This document shows, one piece after another, positions 10,614 to 20,284 of a stretch of DNA of 48,162 bases. The notes below the pieces were generated by a model that saw only the letters and a list, made by a program, of their open reading frames with translations, searched no databases and was not told the DNA's origin. The position numbers and the translations under genes are program-made. The stretch is from Nostoc sp. (GTDB lineage: Bacteria > Cyanobacteriota > Cyanobacteriia > Cyanobacteriales > Nostocaceae). Location: contig JBALDB010000041.1 in NCBI GenBank assembly GCA_036918135.1, forward strand, positions 1-48,162. Direction: 5' to 3'. Position 1 is the stretch's first letter, and each line of letters opens with the position of its first letter.

Positions 10614-10690
10614 TTGAGTATAGGGCATTGGGCATTGAGGATAGAGCATCATTCACAAATAACAAATAACGAATAATAAATAACTAAAAT

Positions 10691-11716
10691 ATGTCTCGCT
10701 CTAAAGCTTTACAATATTACATTGTTTCCCGGTTGCTGTTAGCGCCACTTCAGCTATTAACTATCATTACTATTGTATTTCTCTTACTCAGAGCAACACC
10801 AGGAGATCCAGCAGATGCAATTCTCGGTGGACGTGCGCCAGAAGCAGCTAAAGAAGCATTGCGAAAACAACTTGGTTTAAATCTGCCTTTGTGGCTACAG
10901 TACCTAAATTACTTAGGAAATCTGTTGCGGTTTGATTTGGGAAGTTCTTTGTTGAGTCGGGGAGAGAATGTTTGGGACATCATTAGGCAATATTTCCCCG
11001 CGACGGTAGAGTTAGCAGTATGTAGTATGGCGGTTGCACTCATCGTCGGAATTTTAGTTGGTACTCTTTCAGCTTCCCGTCCTAGAACATATTTCGATGT
11101 TGGTGGGCGCTTATTTGGTATCATTACCTACGCACTCCCGATGTATTGGGCAGGAATGATTTTGCAGTTGATTTTCTCAGTACAACTTGGTTGGTTTCCT
11201 AATTCTAACCGCTTTCCGCCCACCCTTCCCACCCCCACACCTATCACTGGATTGTATACAATCGATAGCTTACTCGCTGGAAACTTCAGTCAGTTTTTCA
11301 CATCTTTGTATTATCTGGCCTTACCAAGTCTGACGCTGGGAATTTTGCTCAGTGGAATTTTTGAGCGAATTGTACGAGTGAATTTAAAGCAAACCTTGCA
11401 AGCAGATTATGTAGAAGCCGCTAGAGCCAGAGGTATTAAGGAAAACAAGATTTTAGTTTCCCATGCGTTAAAAAATGCCTTAATTCCAGTAATTACAGTT
11501 TTAGGATTAACTTTTGCCTCTTTATTGGGTGGAGCGATTTTGACAGAGGTAACGTTTTCTTGGCCTGGGTTAGCTAATCGACTATATCAAGCCATTAGCG
11601 ATCGCGATTATCCCACAGTCCAGGGAGTACTGGTGTTTTTTGGTGCGATCGTTGTCAGCGCCAGTATTTTAATTGATATTTTAAACGCTTATGTAGACCC
11701 GCGAATTCGCTATTAA
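10691..11716 (+). CDS. Peptide ABC transporter permease (DppB/OppB-like)
   Basis: PGDPA, PATVELA, EAA loop YVEAARARG, HALKNAL, TFSWPGL. Confidence 0.93.
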   Translation: MSRSKALQYYIVSRLLLAPLQLLTIITIVFLLLRATPGDPADAILGGRAPEAAKEALRKQLGLNLPLWLQYLNYLGNLLRFDLGSSLLSRGENVWDIIRQYFPATVELAVCSMAVALIVGILVGTLSASRPRTYFDVGGRLFGIITYALPMYWAGMILQLIFSVQLGWFPNSNRFPPTLPTPTPITGLYTIDSLLAGNFSQFFTSLYYLALPSLTLGILLSGIFERIVRVNLKQTLQADYVEAARARGIKENKILVSHALKNALIPVITVLGLTFASLLGGAILTEVTFSWPGLANRLYQAISDRDYPTVQGVLVFFGAIVVSASILIDILNAYVDPRIRY

Positions 11717-11732
11717 GCTGTTTGATATTTTG

Positions 11733-12338
11733 TTAATTTTCTTGAGAAATACCACTGGCTAAAATACCAAGAATTTTATTCACATCTTTGAGATAATATT
11801 CGCTTAAATCAATAGTTAGTGTTTGTTCTTCTAGTTTGAGGAATTGCCAAATGCTGCCCGTTGTGACTGCGCCATAAATTGTTTTAATCTCAGTTGCAGC
11901 TTGCTGATTAAAAATTTGGGCTGCTACCATTTCTGCTGCACACTGACCCAAACCCGCATTAATATTTTCTTTTTTAGCTTTTACAACTATAATTACTGGT
12001 GCTGTCAAAATCAAAATTTCTGGGGATTTGGTAATAATAAAATCGCAAGTACCATTTAATCCTTTGGTATTATCGACAGTGAAATCTACCCCAGAAAATA
12101 AACTAACTTGCTCGCTTAATTGTCGGCGTAAATCAACTAAAATTGGCGCAATAATTAACTCAGAACGCGCTTTTTCACTGTTACTACCTAAAGCAATATC
12201 CAGGTTATAATTAAGTGTTTCTGCAAGTAAATTACTCGCTACTAATTCGGGAACAGTAGCGAAAATATTGCGTTTTTCTAATGTGGTTAAACTAAATTCT
12301 TGTTTTGCTTTAGCTAAACTAAACTCGCTGTAAGCCAT
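11733..12338 (-). CDS. PD-(D/E)XK restriction-endonuclease-fold hypothetical protein (catalytic residue apparently altered)
   Basis: SEKARSELIIAPIL, GTCDFII, VKAKK, GQCAAEM, IYGAVTTGSIWQF; ATG at 12338. Confidence 0.75.
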   Translation of the reverse strand: MAYSEFSLAKAKQEFSLTTLEKRNIFATVPELVASNLLAETLNYNLDIALGSNSEKARSELIIAPILVDLRRQLSEQVSLFSGVDFTVDNTKGLNGTCDFIITKSPEILILTAPVIIVVKAKKENINAGLGQCAAEMVAAQIFNQQAATEIKTIYGAVTTGSIWQFLKLEEQTLTIDLSEYYLKDVNKILGILASGISQEN

Positions 12339-12379
12339 AAAACTATTACTCACTTTCGCTTTTAAACAGAAGACTGAAA

Positions 12380-12922
12380 TTACCGTCCAACATCCAAGTT
12401 AAAGTAGAAACTACAGTCAACAATTCTGTTGCTACCAACATACTTGATGATGGGTATGTTGACTTGGTGCTGTCCTGGTTCAAGCTTCCAAGTTTTTTGG
12501 AAGTTACCAATATTATGGCAAGCAGCATAAATCGGGAAGTTACTAGGAGTGAAAAGTCCATTTTTATAACTCTCAACTCCATGTTTAAATAAATATCCTC
12601 TGACTTCTACTTTATTGAGTAGAGTTTGAGATGGTATGCAATAATTGAGGTTTGATAATCTTAGAGTATCTCCAGATTTGAGAAAGAGGCGATCGCGATT
12701 TTTCACTTGCTGAAGTTCATTGCTGTTAACTTGCACAGTAAGATGAGAAACACATACTTTAGTTGCAGAAGTTTGATTGCATTCTAAATCAGAAGTAGGA
12801 TAAATATGAACTTCGGGATTAGTCTTTCCGTTTGCAGTAATCCAAGCAGCACCCAAAACACCACTCAAACCTATGATAGCTACTGTCAATGGTACAATTA
12901 CTTTGTCAATTGAGACTCTCAT
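12380..12922 (-). CDS. Membrane-anchored hypothetical protein with a Cys-containing beta-rich domain
   Basis: 180 aa; N-terminal hydrophobic helix VIVPLTVAIIGLSGVLGAAWI; five Cys. Confidence 0.75.
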   Translation of the reverse strand: MRVSIDKVIVPLTVAIIGLSGVLGAAWITANGKTNPEVHIYPTSDLECNQTSATKVCVSHLTVQVNSNELQQVKNRDRLFLKSGDTLRLSNLNYCIPSQTLLNKVEVRGYLFKHGVESYKNGLFTPSNFPIYAACHNIGNFQKTWKLEPGQHQVNIPIIKYVGSNRIVDCSFYFNLDVGR

Positions 12923-12999
12923 ACTAATTTACCTCTCAAAATCAGTTTGATTAATAAATAACTATTGACAACAGCATATATTTTCTCTTAAATAAAGTC

Positions 13000-13068
13000 C
13001 CAGAAAAGCCTTTCCGGTTATTAGAAAAATTACCGGAAAAAATATTCCGCATTTTTAGATATCCGGAA
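13000..13068. promoter_or_regulatory. Candidate operator array: CCGGAA-N6-TTCCGG twice plus a half-site
   Basis: CCAGAA-aagcct-TTCCGG (13000-13017), CCGGAA-aaaata-TTCCGC (13033-13050), CCGGAA (13063-13068) in a divergent intergenic region. Confidence 0.55.
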
Positions 13069-13149
13069 AATGGTATATTTAAATTCTGTTTGGTTAAAGT
13101 CTAGAAGTGCAGATTAGCTTGTCGAGGTGTCAAGGAGAATGGCAGAAGT

Positions 13150-14229
13150 ATGAGTTCTTGGCAAACCTTTCTGGTAATGGAGATATGTCGTCAGTATGGT
13201 TTAAGACCTACAGAACAAGAAATTCTTCTGGCAAAGTTTCCTGATGAGAACACTGTTAACAACAATAATCAGGTTGCAGACCAATCATTACAAAATAAGC
13301 AACTTCCCAGCACAGCTGAGACTGTGAGAAGGCAAATGTGGACGATATATAACCAACGATTTGCTCCCCAACAAGACCGCGAAGGATTTCTAGATAATAA
13401 CAAAAGTGGTAAAACCAAAGATACAAAATTTCTAACCTGGTTAAAATCTAAGTATTCGCAATGGCTGGAAACGCAAAATTATAATATTGTTGATTCCATC
13501 CCTGCTTATACAGATAACCCATTTACTCCCCTGAATGACATCATTACTGACCAGCGTCTACTCTACGGTCGCGAAAGGGAGATTACAAGGATATTTGAAA
13601 CCCTCAACAGTGGCAGTAGCGTAGCACTGATTGGAGAGAAAAAAATCGGTAAGTCTTCTCTACTCCAAGCTATTTACCAACAAGCACAACATCGGCTGCT
13701 CAAACCCCGCAAAGCAATTTATCTTAATTTAAGCCTAATTTTTAGCGACGATGACTTTTATGATGAACTATGCAAGCAAGTTAATATCCCTGTCCAGAAG
13801 GGTCGGCAATTAATTCGTAATTTACAACAACAGCAACTATTGTTGTTATTAGATGAAGTAGAACGAATGACTTGGAAGGGTTTTACTAGAGACTTGCGCC
13901 AACAACTGCGTGGTTTAGCGGATGGACAAGCTAACCCACCTCTGCGCTTGGTGATTACAGCTAGCGAACACCTAGACGTTTTATTTCCTGATAGTCGAGA
14001 TAATCCTTCACCTTTCCAAGGTGTTTGCATTGAAGAAATTATCCACCCTTGGGACGAAAATATAGTCCGTAGATTTATTCACAATCGTTTAATGAATACT
14101 CCGATTAGTTTTTCAGAAGACGAAATCATTCAACTAATCAAAGAAAGTTGCGGACACCCCCGGCGACTTATGTTTTCGTGTCATCAAATCTATTCGCGGT
14201 ACATACAGAGGATAAAAACTGAATTATGA
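13150..14229 (+). CDS. STAND-class (AAA_16/AAA_35-like) P-loop ATPase with N-terminal HTH-like domain
   Basis: NPF..YGRERE, Walker A GEKKIGKS, Walker B LLLLDEVE, GHP (GxP); N-terminal LRPTEQEIL...TVRRQMWTIY resembles a LuxR-type HTH. Confidence 0.8.
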   Translation: MSSWQTFLVMEICRQYGLRPTEQEILLAKFPDENTVNNNNQVADQSLQNKQLPSTAETVRRQMWTIYNQRFAPQQDREGFLDNNKSGKTKDTKFLTWLKSKYSQWLETQNYNIVDSIPAYTDNPFTPLNDIITDQRLLYGREREITRIFETLNSGSSVALIGEKKIGKSSLLQAIYQQAQHRLLKPRKAIYLNLSLIFSDDDFYDELCKQVNIPVQKGRQLIRNLQQQQLLLLLDEVERMTWKGFTRDLRQQLRGLADGQANPPLRLVITASEHLDVLFPDSRDNPSPFQGVCIEEIIHPWDENIVRRFIHNRLMNTPISFSEDEIIQLIKESCGHPRRLMFSCHQIYSRYIQRIKTEL

Positions 14230-17006
14230 CCCAGCAACCTCCTGTACCGCGTTTAAACTTAGCACCTAAGTTAAGGCGTCCCCTGTCTATTTGGAATCCC
14301 CTAGATTATCTGCGCCTTTTGTACTGGGTGTTTTTCTTTCCCCAGGCTTTGCGGTGGTATGTGGATAGATTCGGGGGTGGGTATATTCCTGAAACAGAAA
14401 TGAATTGGCGCAAGGGATGGAAGTTATTGCGTCAAAATGCTATCCAAAGTCAGTTACTTTTCCAAGGATTAGTTTTAACAATAATTATACCTGTAGCTAT
14501 AGGCTTAATTTTTCAGACAAATGTTTACGTTAGCTGGTTCGGCATGGCGTTGGGCGTGGCGTTGGGCGTGGCGTTGGGCGTGGCGTTGGGCGTGGCGTTG
14601 GGCGTGGCGTTGGGCGTGGGGTTGGGCGTGGCGTTGGGCGTGGCGTTGGGCGTGGCGTTCGGCGTGGCGCTCGGCGTGGCGCTCCGCGTGGCGGTAGGCG
14701 TGGTTAAGGTAGGCGTGGCGTTGGGCGTGGCGGTAGACGTGGCGGTAGGCGTGGCGTTCGGCGTGGCGTTCGGCGTGGCGTTCGGCGTGGCGTTGGGCGT
14801 GGCGGTAGGCGTGGCGGTAGGCATGGTGTCTGGCGTGGCGTTGGGCGTGGCGCTCGGCGTGGCGGTAGGCGTGGCGTTGGGCGTGGCGGTAGGCGTGGCG
14901 TTGGGCGTGGCGGTAGGCGTGGCGTTGGGCGTGGCGGTAGGCGTGGCGTTGGGCGTGGCGTTCGGCGTGGCGTTCGGCGTGGCGTTCGGCGTGGCGTTCA
15001 GCGTGGCGGTAGGCGTGGCGTTACTGCGTCCAGAAACCTGGCTTATTGGCTTACCTTTAAACCTGCAAATCATCCAAAACGGTAGTTGGCTATTCCCTCG
15101 CATTACTCCGCTTCCTCTTCCTAATCTTGTTTGGCGCTTGGAAAATTGGTTGCAAAATGATTGGGAAATAGGTTTACATAATACTAATGAACTGCTAGCA
15201 TATACCCTACAATTTATTCCTGTTGTTCAAGCAGTCAATAGAGTACTTACTACAACTTCATCAGAACATATTATTTGGCGTGTTTCTTTACTGGCGGCAG
15301 ATCCCTTTGATTGGAAATTAGTAGGTTTTGCTTCAGGTTCTTTGAGAAAACAAATCAAGTTACAACTTTTTAAAGGCTTTGTATTCTTTCGTTATTTCAA
15401 GGAACTAATCTCCTCACCCTTAACAGTAGAAACTTGCTTAGATACTCCTGCCCGTGCTGCTGCTGCTGGTTTCTGGCATCTACATGAAAAAGAACCAGCC
15501 AGAGCAATAGAGGCTTTTGCTGTAGTGCGTTCTCTTCTCTATGGCGAGGAAATGTTTATCCTTGCCCAAACTCTAGCGGCGTTTGATAAAGCTCAAAAAC
15601 CAGCCTCTATTGCTGCTATTCAAGTTCCTCTTTTTCCACAAGAACCGCTTTTACGTCCAGTTTCTTGGAAAGTTCTTGCTAATTTACGTCAAGTTGTTGA
15701 GGATGTCCAGTTTATTGAACGCAGCGTCTCACGTTCAGCCAGGTCTTTAGCTCTGAATCGAGCATTAGGCAAACTGACAAAAATCCTAAATCAAGCCGAC
15801 ACATTACCACAAGCAGAGCAAGGGTTAATAATAGATATCGCTCAAACTTGGCAAAAAAGCCTTTTACAAATTGCTGGTGAAGTGGGAGAAATTTCCATCA
15901 CCAAGCCTGTGGTTAATCCTTATGTTGTAGGCGACCCCGTTCAAGGTCATCTCTTCATTGGGCGAGAAGATATCATTAGACAGTTAGAAGAACTCTGGGT
16001 GATAGATAATCAACTCCAGTCTATAGTTCTCTACGGTCACAGGCGCATGGGCAAAACTTCTATTCTGCTTAACGCTGCTAACTGTCTAGGCTCACAAATC
16101 CAGCTAGCCTATGTCAACTTGCTACGTTTGGGAGATAGCCCCCAAGGTGTGGGTGAAGTGCTAATGGCAATTTGTGATGAAATTTCTCAAACTGTAAAAC
16201 TTCCACCCCCAACTGACGCTGATTTACTAAATCTCCCCTACCGGACTTTTGAACGCTATTTAAAACAGGTGGAAGCAAACCTAGATGGTGGGTTAATCAT
16301 TGCCTTAGACGAGTTTGAGAAAATTGAAGATTTAATTGAAGCGAAAAAAATCCCTATCGACTTTATGGGTTTTTTGCGCGGTTTAGTGCAAATGAGTTCT
16401 AAAATCGCCTTTGCATTTGCTGGTTTGCACACTTTAGAAGAGATGACAGCAGATTATTTTCAACCCTTCTTTGCCAGCGTCATTCCTATTCATGTAGGCT
16501 TTCAAGAACGTGCAGCTAACCACCAAATTCTTGCTAACCCAGGTAATGAAGACTTCCCCCTCGACTATATCCCGGAAGCTTTAGATGAAATTTATGCTTT
16601 GACACACGGTCAACCATATTTAGTGCAACTGCTGGGTTTTCAGCTAGTGCGCCGCTACAACGACTTTGTTTTTGAGCAAGGACGATCGCGTGACCCAGTT
16701 TTCACAGTAGAAGACGTGGAAGCAGTTATCAATAACCCTGAGTTTTACAAGCGGGGACGCTACTACTTTGATGGGGTTTGGGGTCAGGCGGCGCGAGGTG
16801 CTGAGGGTCAACAAGCAATTGTACAAGTGCTTGCACCTCACTCAGAAGGGCTAAGTCTGGATGCCTTAGCTCAATCTACAGGTATGAACGACACCAATTT
16901 ACAGGAAGCGCTGAATACTCTGAAGCGTCATGATGTCGTTGAGGAAACTCAGGGAAACTGGCGGATTATGGTAGAACTTTTTCGCCGTTGGGTTTTTCAG
17001 CAGTAG
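14226..17006 (+). CDS. Membrane-associated STAND-class ATPase with glycine-zipper repeat region and C-terminal winged helix
   Basis: NPYVVG..FIGRE, Walker [10 protein letters not shown], Walker [16 protein letters not shown], wHTH-like end; ATGA overlap with the upstream gene. Confidence 0.85.
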   Translation: MTQQPPVPRLNLAPKLRRPLSIWNPLDYLRLLYWVFFFPQALRWYVDRFGGGYIPETEMNWRKGWKLLRQNAIQSQLLFQGLVLTIIIPVAIGLIFQTNVYVSWFGMALGVALGVALGVALGVALGVALGVGLGVALGVALGVAFGVALGVALRVAVGVVKVGVALGVAVDVAVGVAFGVAFGVAFGVALGVAVGVAVGMVSGVALGVALGVAVGVALGVAVGVALGVAVGVALGVAVGVALGVAFGVAFGVAFGVAFSVAVGVALLRPETWLIGLPLNLQIIQNGSWLFPRITPLPLPNLVWRLENWLQNDWEIGLHNTNELLAYTLQFIPVVQAVNRVLTTTSSEHIIWRVSLLAADPFDWKLVGFASGSLRKQIKLQLFKGFVFFRYFKELISSPLTVETCLDTPARAAAAGFWHLHEKEPARAIEAFAVVRSLLYGEEMFILAQTLAAFDKAQKPASIAAIQVPLFPQEPLLRPVSWKVLANLRQVVEDVQFIERSVSRSARSLALNRALGKLTKILNQADTLPQAEQGLIIDIAQTWQKSLLQIAGEVGEISITKPVVNPYVVGDPVQGHLFIGREDIIRQLEELWVIDNQLQSIVLYGHRRMGKTSILLNAANCLGSQIQLAYVNLLRLGDSPQGVGEVLMAICDEISQTVKLPPPTDADLLNLPYRTFERYLKQVEANLDGGLIIALDEFEKIEDLIEAKKIPIDFMGFLRGLVQMSSKIAFAFAGLHTLEEMTADYFQPFFASVIPIHVGFQERAANHQILANPGNEDFPLDYIPEALDEIYALTHGQPYLVQLLGFQLVRRYNDFVFEQGRSRDPVFTVEDVEAVINNPEFYKRGRYYFDGVWGQAARGAEGQQAIVQVLAPHSEGLSLDALAQSTGMNDTNLQEALNTLKRHDVVEETQGNWRIMVELFRRWVFQQ
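14541..15023 (+). repeat. 12-bp coding tandem repeat GGCGTGGCG(TTG/TTC/GTA/CTC), about 40 units, encoding GVA[L/F/V]
   Basis: 483 nt read directly; strongly GC-rich compared with flanks. Confidence 0.97.
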
Positions 17007-17051
17007 AGTACGAGCGATGCTTACGGCTGGCTACGCCTATGCATTTGCCAA

Positions 17052-17149
17052 GAGGCAGGAGGCAGAGGGCAGGAGGCAGGAGGTAAAACTATTGCTAACT
17101 CTAGCATTCACCCTTCCCAAGTGTCCTAAAGAGTGTGACTACGGCTATA
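17052..17149. repeat. Partial copy of the MITE-like element at 42707-42813
   Basis: Shared AGGCAG(G/A) heptamers, AGGTAAAAC, CTAGCAT, TGTCCTAA and terminal GCTATA. Confidence 0.55.
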
Positions 17150-17151
17150 CT

Positions 17152-17432
17152 TCGGAGTTCGCATTTGTTATTTTGGCGACAGCATTTGCTATTTCAGCAA
17201 CAACAAAAACTATTTTGACGACAACAAAAACTATTTCAGCGACAACAAAAACTATTTTGACGACAACAAAAACTATTTCAGCGACAGCATTTGCTATTTC
17301 GGCAGTCGCATTTTTTATTTCAGCGACAACAAAAACTATTTTGGCGACAACATTTGCTATTTCAACGACAGCATTTGCTACTTTGGCGACAACATTTGCT
17401 ATTTCAGCGACAGCATTTGTTATTCTGACAAC
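17152..17432. repeat. 21-bp tandem array, about 13 units
   Basis: Units such as TCAGCGACAGCATTTGCTATT and TTGACGACAACAAAAACTATT with no spacers. Confidence 0.92.
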
Positions 17433-18548
17433 TTATCTTCTTAAACTGCGCGGGTCAAGTGCATCTCGCAAGCCGTCACCGAGTAAGTTGAATGCTAGGA
17501 CTGTCAAGATAATCAACACAGCTGGCGGCCAAATTAACCAAGGTTGCAAAACCATAATTGAAGCATTACTAGCCAGAGAAAGCATATTTCCCCAAGAGGG
17601 GTCTGGTTGTTGAATACCCAAACCAATCAGACTCAATATCGCTTCTGCACCAATAAAGCTGGGAACTGCCAGCGTAGCAGAGATAATTACATAGGTAGCC
17701 GTTTGCGGCAAAACATGGCGGACAATAATATAAAGTCGGTTACCGCCCATTGCCCGTGCAGCTTGGACAAATTCTCGCTCTTTTATTGATAGTACCTGTC
17801 CGCGAATTACCCGTGCTAAGCCAGCCCAGTCAATAACCGAAGTAATCAACACAATCAATAAAAACCGCTGGGTACTGGTTAAACCAGGTGGCAAAACTGC
17901 CCCCAAGGTGACTAAAAGATAAATACTAGGGAAAGTCATTAGCACTTCTGCCAAACGCATGATAATGCTATCTGTCCAACCTCCGAAGTAGCCGGAAATT
18001 CCACCTATCAGCAAACCCAGAGGAAAGGAAATAGCAACGCCAAAAATCCCGATAAACATACTGATGCGGCCGCCATACAACAAGCGACTGAGTTGGTCGC
18101 GGCCTTGGTCATCAGTACCCAAAAGGTTAAATTTTGCCCCAGTTGTTGTGCCAAATAAATGCCAATTCAAGGGAATACCGGGAATAATTGTAACTTCATC
18201 CCATTTGGGGGGTAGTGGCAAACTTAGCTGGAACAATCGGTATTCTGCACCAGAGACAAATAAACGCAAGGGTGAAGGTTTTTTAAAGTTTACAATCAGT
18301 TCGCGATCGCCTGTTTCTAAATTCGTCTCTCCCTGAGTCGTCGGATAAACATGAGGCCCGATAAACTGCCCTGATTGAGAAACCCAATATACCTTAGTTG
18401 GTGGCAGCAATGAACCATTAGGCTGTGAGTCATAGGGGTCATAAGGCGCAACGAAATCGGCTGCAATTACTGCTATGTAGAAAATTAACAGCAAAATTGC
18501 CCCAAATCGTGCCAAAGGATTTTTCTTCAGTCGTCGCCACCAATCCAT
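17433..18548 (-). CDS. Peptide ABC transporter permease (DppC/OppC-like)
   Basis: LLGTDDQGRD, GGRIS, EFVQAARAMG, LSLIGLG, PSWG, FNLLGDGLRDALDP. Confidence 0.93.
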   Translation of the reverse strand: MDWWRRLKKNPLARFGAILLLIFYIAVIAADFVAPYDPYDSQPNGSLLPPTKVYWVSQSGQFIGPHVYPTTQGETNLETGDRELIVNFKKPSPLRLFVSGAEYRLFQLSLPLPPKWDEVTIIPGIPLNWHLFGTTTGAKFNLLGTDDQGRDQLSRLLYGGRISMFIGIFGVAISFPLGLLIGGISGYFGGWTDSIIMRLAEVLMTFPSIYLLVTLGAVLPPGLTSTQRFLLIVLITSVIDWAGLARVIRGQVLSIKEREFVQAARAMGGNRLYIIVRHVLPQTATYVIISATLAVPSFIGAEAILSLIGLGIQQPDPSWGNMLSLASNASIMVLQPWLIWPPAVLIILTVLAFNLLGDGLRDALDPRSLRR

Positions 18549-18648
18549 AAATAGTTAGGAGTTATAAGTTATGAGTTAGGAGTTATGAAGCTCTTATTTT
18601 AATTCATAATTCATAATTAATTATTTTTTACTCCCTACCTCCGTATTA

Positions 18649-19530
18649 TTAACTTTTAACTCCTAACTCCTCTAAATACCGCTGCTGTTCTTCGAGTTGT
18701 TTTTCATGTTCGACAACAAACACATTCGAGTAGAGATTAGCCAGAATTTGTTTTCCCTGTTGTGTGAGTGAGAGATAATGCAGTCCTTCTTGGATATAAG
18801 GATATACCCCATTCCAATAAAATTTTGCGTAGTTCTTCCGCAAATCAGCAGGAGTTTTATAAGCCAGGACTTTATTCATGCCTGTTTCTTCAAACTCGTA
18901 GAATAAAGAATTAATTTTCTTTAAGTAACGCGGGTCGCTTAATTGCCCAATCAAATCAGCAGCACGTACTAACCCGGCAAAGCACTTTGTGTCTTGGTGA
19001 TCCTCTGCCGCAGGTACTGGAAATCGAGTCAATTCAATATTGCTTTTAATCACATCCGCATCTATTAACTTGTGACCGCCAAAACGTTCATCAATAAATA
19101 GCTTTGCTCTATCAACATGATACGGTGTCAGACTGGCATCAGAAGCCCCAGGAGCCAAAGAAATCATTCTGGCGTTCTTACCTGTGGCATATAAGCCTGC
19201 TGTTTCTCGGTCTTGTCGGCAAACTCCTTTAACGTAGCCAATATCATGGCTGACTAAGGAGATAATGAAATGCAGCCAATCTTCACTGGAAACACCACCT
19301 TCTCTGATATGTTTGCCACGCAAAATTTCCTGCCCTACCAGGGTAACTAAGACGGTGTGTTCAACATTATGGTAAAGGGCGTCGCTATTAGCAATATTTT
19401 CCAAAGCCATGTTACCAGCCCACGCGATGATGTCCTGATAATCATTTTTGAAGCAGCCATAGGTGCGACGGTAACCTTCTCGAATTTGATTTACAAAGGC
19501 ATCGATTAAAATTTCAGTGGCATTAAACAT
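18649..19530 (-). CDS. HD-domain metal-dependent phosphohydrolase (Npun_R2479-like)
   Basis: YHNVEHT, HDIGY, YHVDR, AADLIGQL. Confidence 0.88.
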   Translation of the reverse strand: MFNATEILIDAFVNQIREGYRRTYGCFKNDYQDIIAWAGNMALENIANSDALYHNVEHTVLVTLVGQEILRGKHIREGGVSSEDWLHFIISLVSHDIGYVKGVCRQDRETAGLYATGKNARMISLAPGASDASLTPYHVDRAKLFIDERFGGHKLIDADVIKSNIELTRFPVPAAEDHQDTKCFAGLVRAADLIGQLSDPRYLKKINSLFYEFEETGMNKVLAYKTPADLRKNYAKFYWNGVYPYIQEGLHYLSLTQQGKQILANLYSNVFVVEHEKQLEEQQRYLEELGVKS

Positions 19531-20284
19531 ATCTGTTTATTTTGGGATGTACCAATTAGTTATTGATTGATAAAAGGAGTTAGGGACTAGGAGTGAAGCA
19601 GATGAGGGGGATAAGGGAGTCAGCAAGAAGAATTAATAGCGAATGAATACTCCATGCTCAATGCCCTTAGTCAAATTTTGGACAGTGCAGTTTGCTCTTT
19701 TCTAACTCAGGTATGGGTGTAGATGCTACCTTGACATATCCTACATTCCAGGATAATATATCACTTTTTGTTTATACAAAGGTTTCAGAAAGAGTATAGA
19801 TTGCGTGGTAAAATAAGTAGCTAGTATAGCAAAGTACATTAACGCTTTTAATTTTAATTAGATAAATCTACATTAGCTTTATCTATCAGTTTTTCATTTT
19901 TAACTAGCGATTGACAGTGATCTAAATACATCTAGTGTGTGACCTAATAACTCTACCAAGCGAAAATAGCTCGATTAGGACTGGTACAAAAATATCCAAA
20001 ATCGGGGACGCACAGAATTTTCAGTTTTGCAAACTTGCATTAGTAGACTCTGAGAGTAAAGAGACAATATTAGAAAAAATGTATTAAATTTTACATTTTA
20101 AATTTAAAGTATTGAGAATAATTGCTATTAATCAAATTAATTATTTTGTCATATTATATACTAGTGCTTGCAAAAGACATTGACTGAAAAATGAGTCATT
20201 TTATTAAGATGAAGAAAATAAATTTCAAGTTTTCTTAAGAAATTACTAACAGTGTAAGCATACTTAGAAAGCGGAGGTGGCAGT

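Noticed and set aside
14525..15103. 192-aa minus-strand ORF of NATP/TATP repeats
   Set aside because: Antisense shadow of the GVAL repeat; it is open only because the 12-mer lacks stops.
17152..17432. 21-bp array as a CRISPR array
   Set aside because: Units are contiguous with no unique spacers, and there are no cas genes or leader in the window.
17017..17613. 198-aa plus-strand ORF
   Set aside because: Stitched from a small repeat, a MITE fragment, the 21-bp array and antisense permease sequence; no independent coding signal.
19824..19837. GTA-N8-TAC NtcA-like site in the HD-protein/RND divergent region
   Set aside because: The motif is short and frequent by chance, and the nearest -10-like hexamer is 25 nt away rather than the usual 22-23.
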